A stretch of 64,000 nucleotides of DNA from Alphaproteobacteria bacterium (lineage in GTDB: Bacteria; Pseudomonadota; Alphaproteobacteria; UBA828). A program made the position numbers and the translations under genes. Each line of letters opens with the position of its first letter. Positions within the stretch are counted from its first letter, which is position 1. The stretch is from positions 3,488,001 through 3,552,000 of the forward strand of contig OZ243972.1 in the NCBI GenBank assembly GCA_965214705.1, read 5' to 3'. Below the pieces are notes generated by a model. The model worked only from the letters and a program-made list of their open reading frames with translations. It did not search any database and had not been told where the DNA came from. Shown one piece after another: positions 19,423 through 29,384 of this stretch.

Positions 19423-19823
19423 GGCGTGCCTCCCCTTCCTCTGGTGTGCCGACGGCCGAGGGCTCTCTCCGCAGCGCCGCCCGGCCGCCCCGCTTCCGGC
19501 CAACCGCTCGCTCCCGGCGGCGCCGGGCCGAGAGCGCGGCGCAAAGGCTGGATGGGGCGGTGGACGCCGGTGGGACGCTGCGGTGGGACGGTCAAGGGAA
19601 CGGCGAAGGGTGCCGGAGCGCGCGGCGCGAAGCTCCTCGGCCTCCCGGCCTCAGGAATCCATCAAGGTCTCGATGCGGTCCGCATTCACCGGCGGATTGG
19701 CCGCGCACAAGTGTAGCCGGGCGTCGCCGTGGGCAGGCATTCGTGGTAGTCGGTGTCTGGAAACGGGCGATGTGCCATCCGGGGATGGCGGAAGAGCACT
19801 GCTCCAGTGCAGGAGGCGGGCAC

Positions 19824-20111
19824 ATGAACAAGGCGGAGATGGCCGAGCGTTTGGCAGCCCGCACGGGGCTGAGCAAAGGCGCCGCAAGGGATGCTGTGGA
19901 CGGCGTGTTCGCCATTATCGGCGACGCGCTTGCCGATGGCGAGGAGGTCCGGCTGCCGGGATTCGGGACCTTCGGCACCAGAAGCCGGTCGGCCCGTACC
20001 GGACGCAACCCGAGCACCGGGGAGGCGGTTTCGATACCGGCGTCCACTTCGCCGACGTTCAAGGCGGGGAAGACGCTGAAGGACACCGTGAATGGTGGTC
20101 AGGGACCGTGA
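19824..20111 (+). CDS. hup: HU-family DNA-binding protein
   Basis: MNKAEM...GFGTF...RTGRNPSTGE...FKAGKTLKD. Confidence 0.95.
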   Translation: MNKAEMAERLAARTGLSKGAARDAVDGVFAIIGDALADGEEVRLPGFGTFGTRSRSARTGRNPSTGEAVSIPASTSPTFKAGKTLKDTVNGGQGP

Positions 20112-20422
20112 CGGTGCGACGAGGGAAGACAGCGACTGGACGCGCCCTAAACCGCCTGCATGTTGAATCCGGGCGATTTCTATACGATGACGGGCTCTGT
20201 GCGAGCAGCGAGGCCGCCATCGGGAATACCCAAGGCTTCTGCCGGGTTGGACGCTAAGCTGCCGCCGCGGCGGATGGGGCTTCGCGTATGAGGCAAGAAG
20301 ATCGTGGACTGGTCTGCGGCTTACCCACATCCCCACAGGCGTACGAGCAGCAACAGCGAAAACCAGAATAACCTTTACTGAGCCGTCAGGCTGTCCGACA
20401 AGGCGAGGCTACCTCACCTTCC

Positions 20423-21166
20423 CTAGGTCGATCCCGGTGGTTCTTTCGAGAGCCATTCTGCATAGGCCAAGAGGTCGATCATGGGTACCGTGCCGCTAAA
20501 TTGAAGCCGCGCGATCAACTTGAAGAGAAAGGCTGTTGCGGGTTTGCCTCCGCAGTGTAGTTCGTATCGAGAGCCTTCCCGGTCGAAGTGGAAATAGCCA
20601 TGCGCGGCGACGCAACCGATGTCCAGACGGTCGTCGCGATCACCGGTTCCAAGAGCGCTTCGAAGCGGTTCCCCCAAGGCGGGTGACCAATCGCTCTCGA
20701 AGGTTAGCAGGCCGCCGAGTATGGGAATGAGCGGCTTTGCAGGATAGGTACCCTTTGCGTAGGGGATGGGCAGACTCGTTCGATGCAGGCGTCGCACGCT
20801 CGCGACTTTGCCCTGTGCGTACCTCACTTGGTGCGCATTCATTGTCTGTTTCGCCTCGAACACCGCATAGACGCTCTCGGCCGGAATGATCTTCTGTCCT
20901 TCGTAGCTGAATATGAACGGTGAGTACTGGCGATCGAACACTACGATGTCGATCTGCTCGCTGAACGCACCCAAGCTATCCACGACATGCGCAGTCGCGG
21001 CTTGATAGCGTTGAGGAAGGTATTTCTGGAGCATGTCCAGCCACACCACCTCACTCGCATCGCCCTTCACAACGGGATGACCGAAGCTCTTGCGGACTCT
21101 CCCCAAACGCTCTTGGATGTCGTCATGCAACTCCGCGAGCAGCCGATCTAGCGACCACTCGCTCAT
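20423..21166 (-). CDS. nucC: CBASS effector endonuclease NucC
   Basis: MSEWSL...HPVVKGDASE...QIDIVVFDRQYSP...VFEAKQ, recognisable as NucC. Confidence 0.93.
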   Translation of the reverse strand: MSEWSLDRLLAELHDDIQERLGRVRKSFGHPVVKGDASEVVWLDMLQKYLPQRYQAATAHVVDSLGAFSEQIDIVVFDRQYSPFIFSYEGQKIIPAESVYAVFEAKQTMNAHQVRYAQGKVASVRRLHRTSLPIPYAKGTYPAKPLIPILGGLLTFESDWSPALGEPLRSALGTGDRDDRLDIGCVAAHGYFHFDREGSRYELHCGGKPATAFLFKLIARLQFSGTVPMIDLLAYAEWLSKEPPGST

Positions 21167-22104
21167 GATTCGCCGTCCTGAAACGGGGCGGTTGCCACCA
21201 TCTCGCGCGCGATTTCCAGCGCCCCGTTTGGATCCACCTCCCGCCCGGGATAGGCGTCCAGCACCATCGCCGGGAGCAACCGTTGGGTGAGGTCCGAGTA
21301 GGTGAACCCGTAGCCACCGTCTTCGCGCGGACCGGTAGCGGTCACCACCGCCTCGATCTGGTTCGGCGAGAAGCCAAGCTGCCCGAGCGCTGGCGCCAAC
21401 ACCTCGTGGCGCCTCGCGGCGTCCGGCCGCGTGAACGACAGGATCTCCGCCGCCCGGCGGCGTACCGCCGGATCGAGAGCGCCCGGCCGGTTCGTGCACA
21501 TGATGACGGCTGCCGGTAGCTTGCCGTTTCCGAGTTGGTCCACCCCCCGGATAAACGCGTTCACGCCCGCCCGGTCCTCGTGATGCATCTGCGCCGCCTC
21601 CCGCGATTGAGCCAACGCGTCCGCCTCGTCCACCAGCAGGATTACCGCCCCGCGCGAACCTCCTTCTCCGTCGACCTTGAGCTTATTCGCTTCGTCGATG
21701 GTGTACTCGAACGCGGCCGATAGAAGCTGCGTCATCTCGCCGACGCGCCCCTCTCCCCGCGTCGCGAGACTGAGCGGAAAGAGCGTGACATGGATCTTCT
21801 CTTGACGGGCGACGGCGTCACCGATCGTCTCGGCCAGCGCCGATTTTCCTGATCCGACGTCTCCGGCCAGCACGACCAAAGGCGGTCTCGCCATCACCGT
21901 TTTGAGCACCCTATCCGCGCCCGGATGATACCGCTTCGCCCATGCGTTCAGGCCATCGGTGTTCACCAAGAGCGCGAGGATCTTCGTCAGCCGCCGCTTG
22001 TGATCCTGCAACCCCACCAGCGAAGCGAGCCGTTCCTGCGGCTCGAAGTCGGGATAGACGATTCGGCGCTCGAAGAGCTCGTCGAAATCCGGCCGAACCC
22101 TCAT
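21163..22104 (-). CDS. cap6: CBASS TRIP13/Pch2-like AAA+ ATPase (Cap6)
   Basis: Walker A GDVGSGKS, Walker B LLVDEAD, TNR/LDPAVRRR; operon context. Confidence 0.92.
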   Translation of the reverse strand: MRVRPDFDELFERRIVYPDFEPQERLASLVGLQDHKRRLTKILALLVNTDGLNAWAKRYHPGADRVLKTVMARPPLVVLAGDVGSGKSALAETIGDAVARQEKIHVTLFPLSLATRGEGRVGEMTQLLSAAFEYTIDEANKLKVDGEGGSRGAVILLVDEADALAQSREAAQMHHEDRAGVNAFIRGVDQLGNGKLPAAVIMCTNRPGALDPAVRRRAAEILSFTRPDAARRHEVLAPALGQLGFSPNQIEAVVTATGPREDGGYGFTYSDLTQRLLPAMVLDAYPGREVDPNGALEIAREMVATAPFQDGES

Positions 22105-22619
22105 CGCCAGCTCCTAACCGTCGCGCGTTCAAGCGCGCGGCCACCCGCCGAATAGACCAGATCTGGGCGGAGGTAACCGTCGATGCCTGGTTGGGGCGCT
22201 CCGTTACGGCGGAATGGAAGACGACACCTGAAGACCTCCTTCTCCAGTGCGCTCAGACGCTCCCAAGACGAGCTGTAGGTGAGATAGCTGTAGAATGAGG
22301 CGCCGGCGACGTGCGCGCCCGGTCGCACTCGCCCAGGGTCGTCGTCGTTGGCCGAGGCGCCTGCGAGATCGCGAGCGGTATAGCGCAGCGTGGGCTCAAT
22401 CCAGTTGCCGTTGCGGCGAAAGCCGTACATCACCGTCCCGAGGTACCCTTCCTTCAGGAATTCGATCGCCTCGGCTTCGTAGTCGGCGATCTGCCTGTCC
22501 GTCGGACGCCCGTAAAATCTCTGCATCCGTTTCAAATCGGTGGCAACCTTCGCCGCAATGTGCTTTGCATGCGTGCGGGTGAAGGTCAGCGTGTCGGTAT
22601 AGGAAAAGCTTGACGTCAT
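22101..22619 (-). CDS. cap7: CBASS bacterial HORMA protein (Cap7)
   Basis: TFTRTHAKHIAAKVATDLKRMQRFYG...WIEPTLRY, as in E. coli-type HORMA1. Confidence 0.92.
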   Translation of the reverse strand: MTSSFSYTDTLTFTRTHAKHIAAKVATDLKRMQRFYGRPTDRQIADYEAEAIEFLKEGYLGTVMYGFRRNGNWIEPTLRYTARDLAGASANDDDPGRVRPGAHVAGASFYSYLTYSSSWERLSALEKEVFRCRLPFRRNGAPQPGIDGYLRPDLVYSAGGRALERATVRSWR

Positions 22620-22627
22620 CAGTCATC

Positions 22628-23593
22628 TCACCCCTGAAACGACGAGCCGAAGACCCGTCGCCAGTAACGTACGGTTTCCTGTTTCGTCGGTGCCGCCAAG
22701 GCAGCATCGATGGCATCGCCCGCATCGAGAGCCGCATCCACGATGGCATCCGCCTCCGATGCCGTGTAGAGCCGGCTCACGTTGTTCTTCGCGTTGACGG
22801 GGTCGATGATCTGCACCCGCTCCGCAAACCTCCCTACTGCCGATGCCGGGTAGTAGTCGGTAAAGACGATCTTCTCGCTCAGATCGCTGCGCGCAACGTA
22901 GGTGAAGAAGTGCTGAAGTGCTTCGGGGTAGTCTCCGAAGTCGAGCCCCTTGTCGCAGAGCCGCGACAATATCATCTCGACCATGAAGGACTTGAAGCGG
23001 AAGCCTTGACGCTCGCTCTTCATATTCCCGGCCCAGAACTTCACCAGTCTCACCACTTGCGCGAAGTGCTGCTCCTGGGTTTGCTTGCGCTTGCTGCAGA
23101 ACTCAAGGTGAAGCGGAATGCTCGTCTCCAGGTACGAACCGTCGTCCTGGCTCACGAGCCTCCCGTACCAATCCGGATCGCCGTCATAGAGGATTGGGAC
23201 CACGTCCACATCGAGACCCGTGCCGCGGAACGAAACCGTGACGCTGTAGGTCTTCGCTTGCACCTGATCAGGGCTGAAATTCGGGAACGCGTTGCGCAGT
23301 CGCTCCGCGAGATACTGCAGCAATGCGGTCACGTCGCCCGGCGCATCCGCCCCGCTGATGTAGCACGCCACGTCGATGTCGTTGAGCGACCGAAGCGCCG
23401 TTCCCTTCGCCAAGCTCCCCGAGAGCAGCATCTTCTTCAGCGAAAAATCCGGATGCTCCCTCAGGTAGCTCTCGAGCCGTTCGCGCAACCGCCGCGCCTG
23501 CGCGCGATATTCACTCGCCTTCTCCCTCGGCAGGTTCACCCTGTCTTGCGCGAAACGGACGATGTCACCGTGATCGACGTGTGATCGAGCCAT
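22628..23593 (-). CDS. cdnC: CBASS CD-NTase, CdnC-type (321 aa)
   Basis: SGSLAKGTALRSLNDIDVA, LDVDVVP, IDPVN, C-terminal VFGSSFQG. Confidence 0.93.
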   Translation of the reverse strand: MARSHVDHGDIVRFAQDRVNLPREKASEYRAQARRLRERLESYLREHPDFSLKKMLLSGSLAKGTALRSLNDIDVACYISGADAPGDVTALLQYLAERLRNAFPNFSPDQVQAKTYSVTVSFRGTGLDVDVVPILYDGDPDWYGRLVSQDDGSYLETSIPLHLEFCSKRKQTQEQHFAQVVRLVKFWAGNMKSERQGFRFKSFMVEMILSRLCDKGLDFGDYPEALQHFFTYVARSDLSEKIVFTDYYPASAVGRFAERVQIIDPVNAKNNVSRLYTASEADAIVDAALDAGDAIDAALAAPTKQETVRYWRRVFGSSFQG

Positions 23594-23797
23594 GTTCGCT
23601 CTCTCAATCGGGGCTGCGAGGACCGGAGATGTCCCGGGTCGGGTAGTGAAATCCCATGAAATGAGTCCTCTGTTGACGGCTGAGCCGACCGTTGATTCAC
23701 ACTCAGCTTCACATGTAGCACCGCCGCGCTCGACTTTCAAGGGGTTTTGGTTCACTATTTTCTTCACACATATGAAGGAGGTAAGGAGAGCCATGAC

Positions 23798-24616
23798 ATG
23801 ACCGAACCGACGCAGCTGAATCCCAAGCCGATCCCGGAGGTGCACCTGGATCGGGCGCCCCTGGCGCGTGTTCTCGCCCAAGCGCGCTTCCCGCCCATCC
23901 TCGCCATCAGCAAGGCCGACGAGGTTGCTTCATTCCAGGAGGCACTGCGCGATACGTATCCCAATCTCAGCCGTGACCAGGTTCACAGCATTGAACTCGC
24001 CGGCGGGCAGACGCCAAACGTACAGCAGGGCCTGATCTGGCGCCTCGCCGATGGCGAGACCGAGCCCGCCTGGCGCGTGTCGCTGGGGGTGGACTTCGTG
24101 GCGCTGGAGACCTCGGACTATGACAGCCGGGACGATTTCCTCGCTCGCCTCGGCGATGTCCTCTCTGCGGTTGAGGAATCGTTCAACCCCGCATCGGCCA
24201 GTCGCCTCGGGGTGCGCTACATCGACCGGCTCACCGGCGCGGCGGTCGAACGAATCGGTGAGCTTATCCATGCCGAGATTCTCGGCGTCCTCCAGCCCAC
24301 CGATACACTGGACTCCTCGCTCAGAGAATCCGTCATCCACCAGATAACCGAGGCGCAGTTCCGGGCCCCGGGTGGTACACGTGTCCAAGGTCGTTGGGGC
24401 CGACTGCCCGCCAACACGACATACGACCCTAACGCCCTCGACGCCGTCGAAGTGCCGAGCTGGGTTCTGGACCTCGACATGTTCACGACCCAATCCCAGG
24501 ACTTCGTCACCGAAGACCTGGTGACAACTGCGAGGACCTCCGCAGAATGCCTCTATTGGCTCTTCCGCCAGATGGTTACGATGGAGTTCCTCAGGTTCCA
24601 CGGAGGCGAACCATGA
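23798..24616 (+). CDS. TIGR04255-family protein
   Basis: APLARVLAQARF, Y..RDDF, RLGVRYIDR, WVLDLD motifs; GGAG RBS. Confidence 0.8.
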   Translation: MTEPTQLNPKPIPEVHLDRAPLARVLAQARFPPILAISKADEVASFQEALRDTYPNLSRDQVHSIELAGGQTPNVQQGLIWRLADGETEPAWRVSLGVDFVALETSDYDSRDDFLARLGDVLSAVEESFNPASASRLGVRYIDRLTGAAVERIGELIHAEILGVLQPTDTLDSSLRESVIHQITEAQFRAPGGTRVQGRWGRLPANTTYDPNALDAVEVPSWVLDLDMFTTQSQDFVTEDLVTTARTSAECLYWLFRQMVTMEFLRFHGGEP

Positions 24617-25317
24617 CCGCAAGCGCCCTGCGCGGCACACGGGACAGATATACACCGGTGCTTGGTAGCATGTGCCTCTCCATGCCCAACGCTGACTTTC
24701 CGACCGTGCTGTTTGCGACGCCTTGGCCAGAAGGCACGAGCGTCAACACCTGCCCCCACGGTTCGATGACGATGTGGACGATCGTCGCGCCGCATGTTGA
24801 GCGCACCGCTGCCGATCCCGTCGGGCGTTGCAACTTTCTCCTTGAGCCCGCGGAATCCACAGCCGAGGCCATCATGGAGATCCGCCGCCGGTCCGGGCTG
24901 ACGTGGCAGGAACTCGGTGAGCTGTTCGACGTCTCGCGACGCAGCATCCATCACTGGGCGAACGGTAAACCAGTCAGCGCCGGGAACGATCGAACGATCC
25001 GACGGATGCTGGCGGCGATCCGCCATCTCGACCGGGGCAGCCAGCGCGACACCCGCGCCCTGTTGCTCTCGATCGACCAGGCTACGGGGGTCTCGCCACT
25101 CGACCTCCTGCAGGCCGGACGATTCGACGACGCCACGACCCCCTTCCTGGGCGACTGGACGCCCGAGCCTCACCGTGTGCCGCTGTCGCCGGCCGCCCAG
25201 GATGCGCGCCGCCCGCCGGCCGCTACGCTTCTGCTGGGGGCCGAGCAGGATCGGCCCGACATCCCGGCCAAGGCCCGCACCGTCCGGCCTATGCGCACGC
25301 CAGGAACGTCGGGTTAG
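24613..25317 (+). CDS. XRE-like helix-turn-helix protein
   Basis: IRRRSGLTWQELGELFDVSRRSIHHWANG; ATGA overlap with the previous gene. Confidence 0.8.
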   Translation: MTASALRGTRDRYTPVLGSMCLSMPNADFPTVLFATPWPEGTSVNTCPHGSMTMWTIVAPHVERTAADPVGRCNFLLEPAESTAEAIMEIRRRSGLTWQELGELFDVSRRSIHHWANGKPVSAGNDRTIRRMLAAIRHLDRGSQRDTRALLLSIDQATGVSPLDLLQAGRFDDATTPFLGDWTPEPHRVPLSPAAQDARRPPAATLLLGAEQDRPDIPAKARTVRPMRTPGTSG

Positions 25318-25323
25318 CGCTTC

Positions 25324-26196
25324 GTGGCCTTGACGGAGGAGGACGAACAAGCGATTGACCAGGCCCTCCAGGCTTGGCGTCAGGGAGATGTGTCTCTCGA
25401 CACCGGCCTGGAGTTCCTTCATCTCGCGGACCTGTCCCGTCCGCACAGCCCTGCATCCATGCAGGCGGCTGAGACGGCTGTAGAGGAAGGAGAGGCCATC
25501 GCGGCTGTCGCCACGCCCGTGATGGACGAAGTGCGCGGCATGGCGATGCTCAGCCAGACCTGTGACGTCGTCCGAAGCTGTCGCGCCCGGCCATTCGTCG
25601 AGGTCGCGGCTCTTGTCGAGGTGCCGGAGCCATGGGTCGAAGAAATCCGCCGCCTCAAGCGGCCCGCCTTCGCTCATGTACCAGCCACAGACGACCAGCA
25701 GCTCGTCGCCGACCTTGATCGCGTCATGACCGTCGAAAAGGCTCTCGTCGCAGGATGGACACGGATTCCCGGCTGGGACACCGACGAAGAGCTGCGCGAC
25801 TTCGCCCAATCCCTCGCCCGCAAGCGATCCCGCTTCGCCTTTCCCGACGATTTCGTTGCCGCGGCCAGCCGCCTCCAGGCGCATATGGTCGCGAGGCACA
25901 ACAGACAGACCGACGAGGGCGCCCATCTCCGGGCGCTGCGCGAGATCCGAGTGCGCGTCGCGCCATCCTGGGACGCTGACCAAGTTCTGTTGAGCTGGTG
26001 GTTCGTCAAGGACGGTGATCCGCCTGACATTCCCGCCGATTGGCCGGCACTGCTCGATCGGTGGCTTGCATTGTTCGAGCAAGACGAGAGCGGCCGGTTC
26101 CGCCTCGATCCGCCTATCGCCTGCCGGCTGGATGACATGGCGGCGCGCGAATACGTCGAGAGCGACCGGCTCGACCTCGACCGGCTTTCGGCTTGA
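25324..26196 (+). CDS. Hypothetical protein with QGD...LSQTCD motif (possible PemK/MazF-like fold)
   Basis: 290-aa ORF 6 bp after the HTH gene; WRQGD, MLSQTCDVVR, RFAFPDDF; fold is inference. Confidence 0.7.
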   Translation: MALTEEDEQAIDQALQAWRQGDVSLDTGLEFLHLADLSRPHSPASMQAAETAVEEGEAIAAVATPVMDEVRGMAMLSQTCDVVRSCRARPFVEVAALVEVPEPWVEEIRRLKRPAFAHVPATDDQQLVADLDRVMTVEKALVAGWTRIPGWDTDEELRDFAQSLARKRSRFAFPDDFVAAASRLQAHMVARHNRQTDEGAHLRALREIRVRVAPSWDADQVLLSWWFVKDGDPPDIPADWPALLDRWLALFEQDESGRFRLDPPIACRLDDMAAREYVESDRLDLDRLSA

Positions 26197-27005
26197 TGAC
26201 AGTCCAAAGGCGCTTCCCGAGAGCACGGCCATCCGCCTAGGCGGATGGCGGTTCCCCCTGGGAAGATGGGGGCCCCATGGCGATCACCAGGCAGCAAGTT
26301 GTCGAGGCGCTCGAAGAAGGAATTGGAGCGGCGAATAGAAGGTACGAAGCTTGGACCAACGGATCCTGGGTCCGGGCCGCCGAACGGCCTGTCGTCGCGC
26401 ACAAGCACATACGTTCTCGCGATCGACGACTTCGAGCGTCTGACGAACGCTGCGGCGAACGAGCAGATTGAGCTGCCTGCATTCTTGGCTTCGTGTGTTG
26501 GTGGTGATGAGGGGCCGGAGACGGCGCTGCACCTGTTTGAGCAGCATCTGAACAGACGACAGATACCCCTGCGGTTTTCCCGGACAGTCGAACAGGCTGT
26601 AGAAGCCAGCTTGGCAAGGCTGGAAGAAGGGCTGAGTGGTTGAAGCAGATGCATGGCGGCGGGGTGCGCGCGGCGCTGAACCGTGCCGGGTTCTTCTCAC
26701 TCGGACAGATTTCCAGGGGTGCAGTCTTTGCCTGGTCTAATGAACGACGTGGACTGGTCTGCCCCGAAAGCGCTTTGAACGAAGCCGCTACGCGGAGTTA
26801 GCGGCGTAGAGTTCATTCATTTCCGAGGCGTCGCGGGTGCCGTTTGTTCTGTGCGTTCGCTTCCCGGTTGCGTCAGTGGCGCTCCGCCCGTCGGGTGGCG
26901 GATCCCCAGCAGCCTCCCGATCACCAGTGGTTAGTATCGACCCCTGCGACGGACCGTCGCCGGATCGGTCCGGCGGCGCGCCGTCGCGATCCAGGGAGAT
27001 CGATA

Positions 27006-27884
27006 ATGACCGGGACCGCGTGCGACACGAACACCGTCACCCCTCTTCGCCAGCGCATGGAGGAGCAGCTCCGCATCGCCAATCTGGCCGCGAGCACGTC
27101 CAAGGCCTACATCTGCGAGATCAAGAACCTGGCCAGGTACTACGACGCCTCGCCGGACGAGCTCGACGCCGAGCAGGTGCGCCAGTGGTACCTGGGGCGG
27201 ATCGACAAGGGGCTCAGTCCGGGCACGACCAACGTCTCCTTCGCCGCGCTGAACTTCCTCTACATCGACACACTCGGCTGGCCTGACCATGTCGCCGGCC
27301 TGCGCTCCCGCAAGAAGCCCGGCAAGCTGCCGCGCTACATGTCGGAGCAGGAGGTCGAGCACCTCATCCTTGCGACACCCGACCTCCGCCACCGTGCTGC
27401 CATTGTCACCGGCTATGGCGGCGGGCTCCGCATCTCCGAGACCTTGGCCATCAAGGTCGGCGACATCCTGTCGGAGAAGAAGCTGCTGCACATCCCCTCC
27501 GGCAAAGGCGGCACCGAGAGAATGGCACCGTTGCCGGACATCGTCATCCACTACTTGCGCGTCTACTACAGGAACATCTGGCCGCGTCCGACGAGCTGGC
27601 TCTTCTACGGCGTCTCGCTCGACAGGCCCATCGCAACGGAGACCTTGCAGGCCGCCTTCAGGAGGGCGCGCGACATTGCCGAGCTCGACCGCAGCTACAC
27701 CTTCCATTGCCTGCGCCATTCGGCGGCGACCCATCTCCTCGAGCGCGGCGGCGATATCGAGGTGATCCGGGACATGCTCGGCCATCGAAGCGCGAACACG
27801 ACCCGTCACTACGCCCGCGTCACCGGCAAGATGTTCGAGGGCCTCGACCACCCGATCTCAGGCTTCGCAGCGTTGCGCAACTGA
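27006..27884 (+). CDS. Tyrosine recombinase of IS91-like element
   Basis: Identical to copies 1 and 2. Confidence 0.92.
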   Translation: MTGTACDTNTVTPLRQRMEEQLRIANLAASTSKAYICEIKNLARYYDASPDELDAEQVRQWYLGRIDKGLSPGTTNVSFAALNFLYIDTLGWPDHVAGLRSRKKPGKLPRYMSEQEVEHLILATPDLRHRAAIVTGYGGGLRISETLAIKVGDILSEKKLLHIPSGKGGTERMAPLPDIVIHYLRVYYRNIWPRPTSWLFYGVSLDRPIATETLQAAFRRARDIAELDRSYTFHCLRHSAATHLLERGGDIEVIRDMLGHRSANTTRHYARVTGKMFEGLDHPISGFAALRN

Positions 27885-28187
27885 CGGCGCGTGGAGGCCG
27901 AACGCGCGGGCGTGGCGGAGATCTTCCGCCGCGCCGGCGCCGCTTTCCGTGAGCGCCACAAAGGGCGCATCGACGCCGCCCGGCTCAAGGTCATGGGCGC
28001 CATCGAGGCGTGCCGCACCGCCGTGCTCGGCGGCCACATGTACGCCTGCGAGGGCTGCGGGCGCGAGCATCCGCTCTTCAGATACCATGAGCACGGTGGC
28101 ACCGAATCGATTCTGGCGGTTAGACAAGCTCGGAGAGAAGGCCAGCACCTTCTCTCCGAGCGGAATCGTCAACAACGGAGTGGACGG

Positions 28188-29384
28188 ATGTCGGATGGTC
28201 CAGACACGACCGCGCTGACAGGCGCAAGTAGTAGCACGATTTATGTCGCGGTGGAGATCAGCCTCAAATCGTGGATCGTTGGCGTGCATTGCCCGGATGC
28301 CTCGGGTGGCAGCATCAGCATCCACACACTGGCTGCTGCCGACACGGCGGGACTGTTGGATCTCGTCGGGTCGGTGCGGGAACGGGTGGCGAGGGAGCTC
28401 GGCGCCCGTCCTCGGGTGATGCTGACCTACGAGGCGGGCTACGAGGGGTTCTGGCTTGCCCGCGATATCGAGCGCCGTGACGCGGAGATCGATATCTTCA
28501 TGAACGATCCGGCGAGCCTGCGGGTGAACCGGCGCGCCAAGAAGAAAAAGACCGACCGTATCGACGCGAGGAGGATGGTTCGGGCTCTGAAGGCATGGGA
28601 CCAAGGCGATTCGGAGGCCATGTCCTGGGTGCGCGTGCCCGATGTGGACCAGGAGGATGCCAAGCGCCTGCTGCGCGAGAGGGACACGCTGATCAGCGAG
28701 CGTACCCGCGTCAACAACCGGATCAAAGGGCTCTTGCAGTTGCACGGCATCTTCGATCTGGCGCCGCGCAAGCCGGACTTCCTCGAACGCCTCGCGACCG
28801 CGCGGACGGGCTATGGGGCGCCGTTGCCGCCGCGTGCGCGGGCAGAGATTGAGAGGGCGGTGGGGATGCTTCGCCTGGTTGAGGAGCATATCGAGATGAT
28901 CGAGGCCGAGAAGAGGGCCCTGCTGAAGGCTGGCCGGAAAGCCCAGGACGCGACCAATCGTGACGGGACGGCGATGATCGCGGCGCTTACGCGCATCCAT
29001 GGCATCGGCCTCAATGACGCCACACTGCTGGCTGGCGAGGTGTTCTATCGGGACTTCCGCAATCGCCGGGAGTTGGGCAGCTGGGCCGGGTTGACGTCGG
29101 TGCCGTGGGCGAGCGGAGATGTCGACCACGATCTTGGCATCAGCAAGGCCGGCCCCTCGCATGTCAGGAAGCACATGATCCAGATGGCTTGGCGCTGGCT
29201 GAAGCTGCAACCGGAAAGCGCGATCACGAAGTGGTTCCACGCCTACGTCGCCAGGGATGCCGGTGGCGGGAGGGACCGGCGAGCGAGGAAGCGGGCGATC
29301 GTGGGGGTCGCGCGCAAGCTGCTGATCGCGCTGTGGCGCTATGCCACCCAAGGACTGGTGCCTGAGGGCGCCATCGTCTCCTGA
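28188..29384 (+). CDS. IS110 transposase/recombinase
   Basis: YVAVEIS, YEAG, KTDRIDA (DEDD-like, first D replaced by E), GIG, WAGL...SG, ISKAG, VARKL. Confidence 0.92.
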   Translation: MSDGPDTTALTGASSSTIYVAVEISLKSWIVGVHCPDASGGSISIHTLAAADTAGLLDLVGSVRERVARELGARPRVMLTYEAGYEGFWLARDIERRDAEIDIFMNDPASLRVNRRAKKKKTDRIDARRMVRALKAWDQGDSEAMSWVRVPDVDQEDAKRLLRERDTLISERTRVNNRIKGLLQLHGIFDLAPRKPDFLERLATARTGYGAPLPPRARAEIERAVGMLRLVEEHIEMIEAEKRALLKAGRKAQDATNRDGTAMIAALTRIHGIGLNDATLLAGEVFYRDFRNRRELGSWAGLTSVPWASGDVDHDLGISKAGPSHVRKHMIQMAWRWLKLQPESAITKWFHAYVARDAGGGRDRRARKRAIVGVARKLLIALWRYATQGLVPEGAIVS

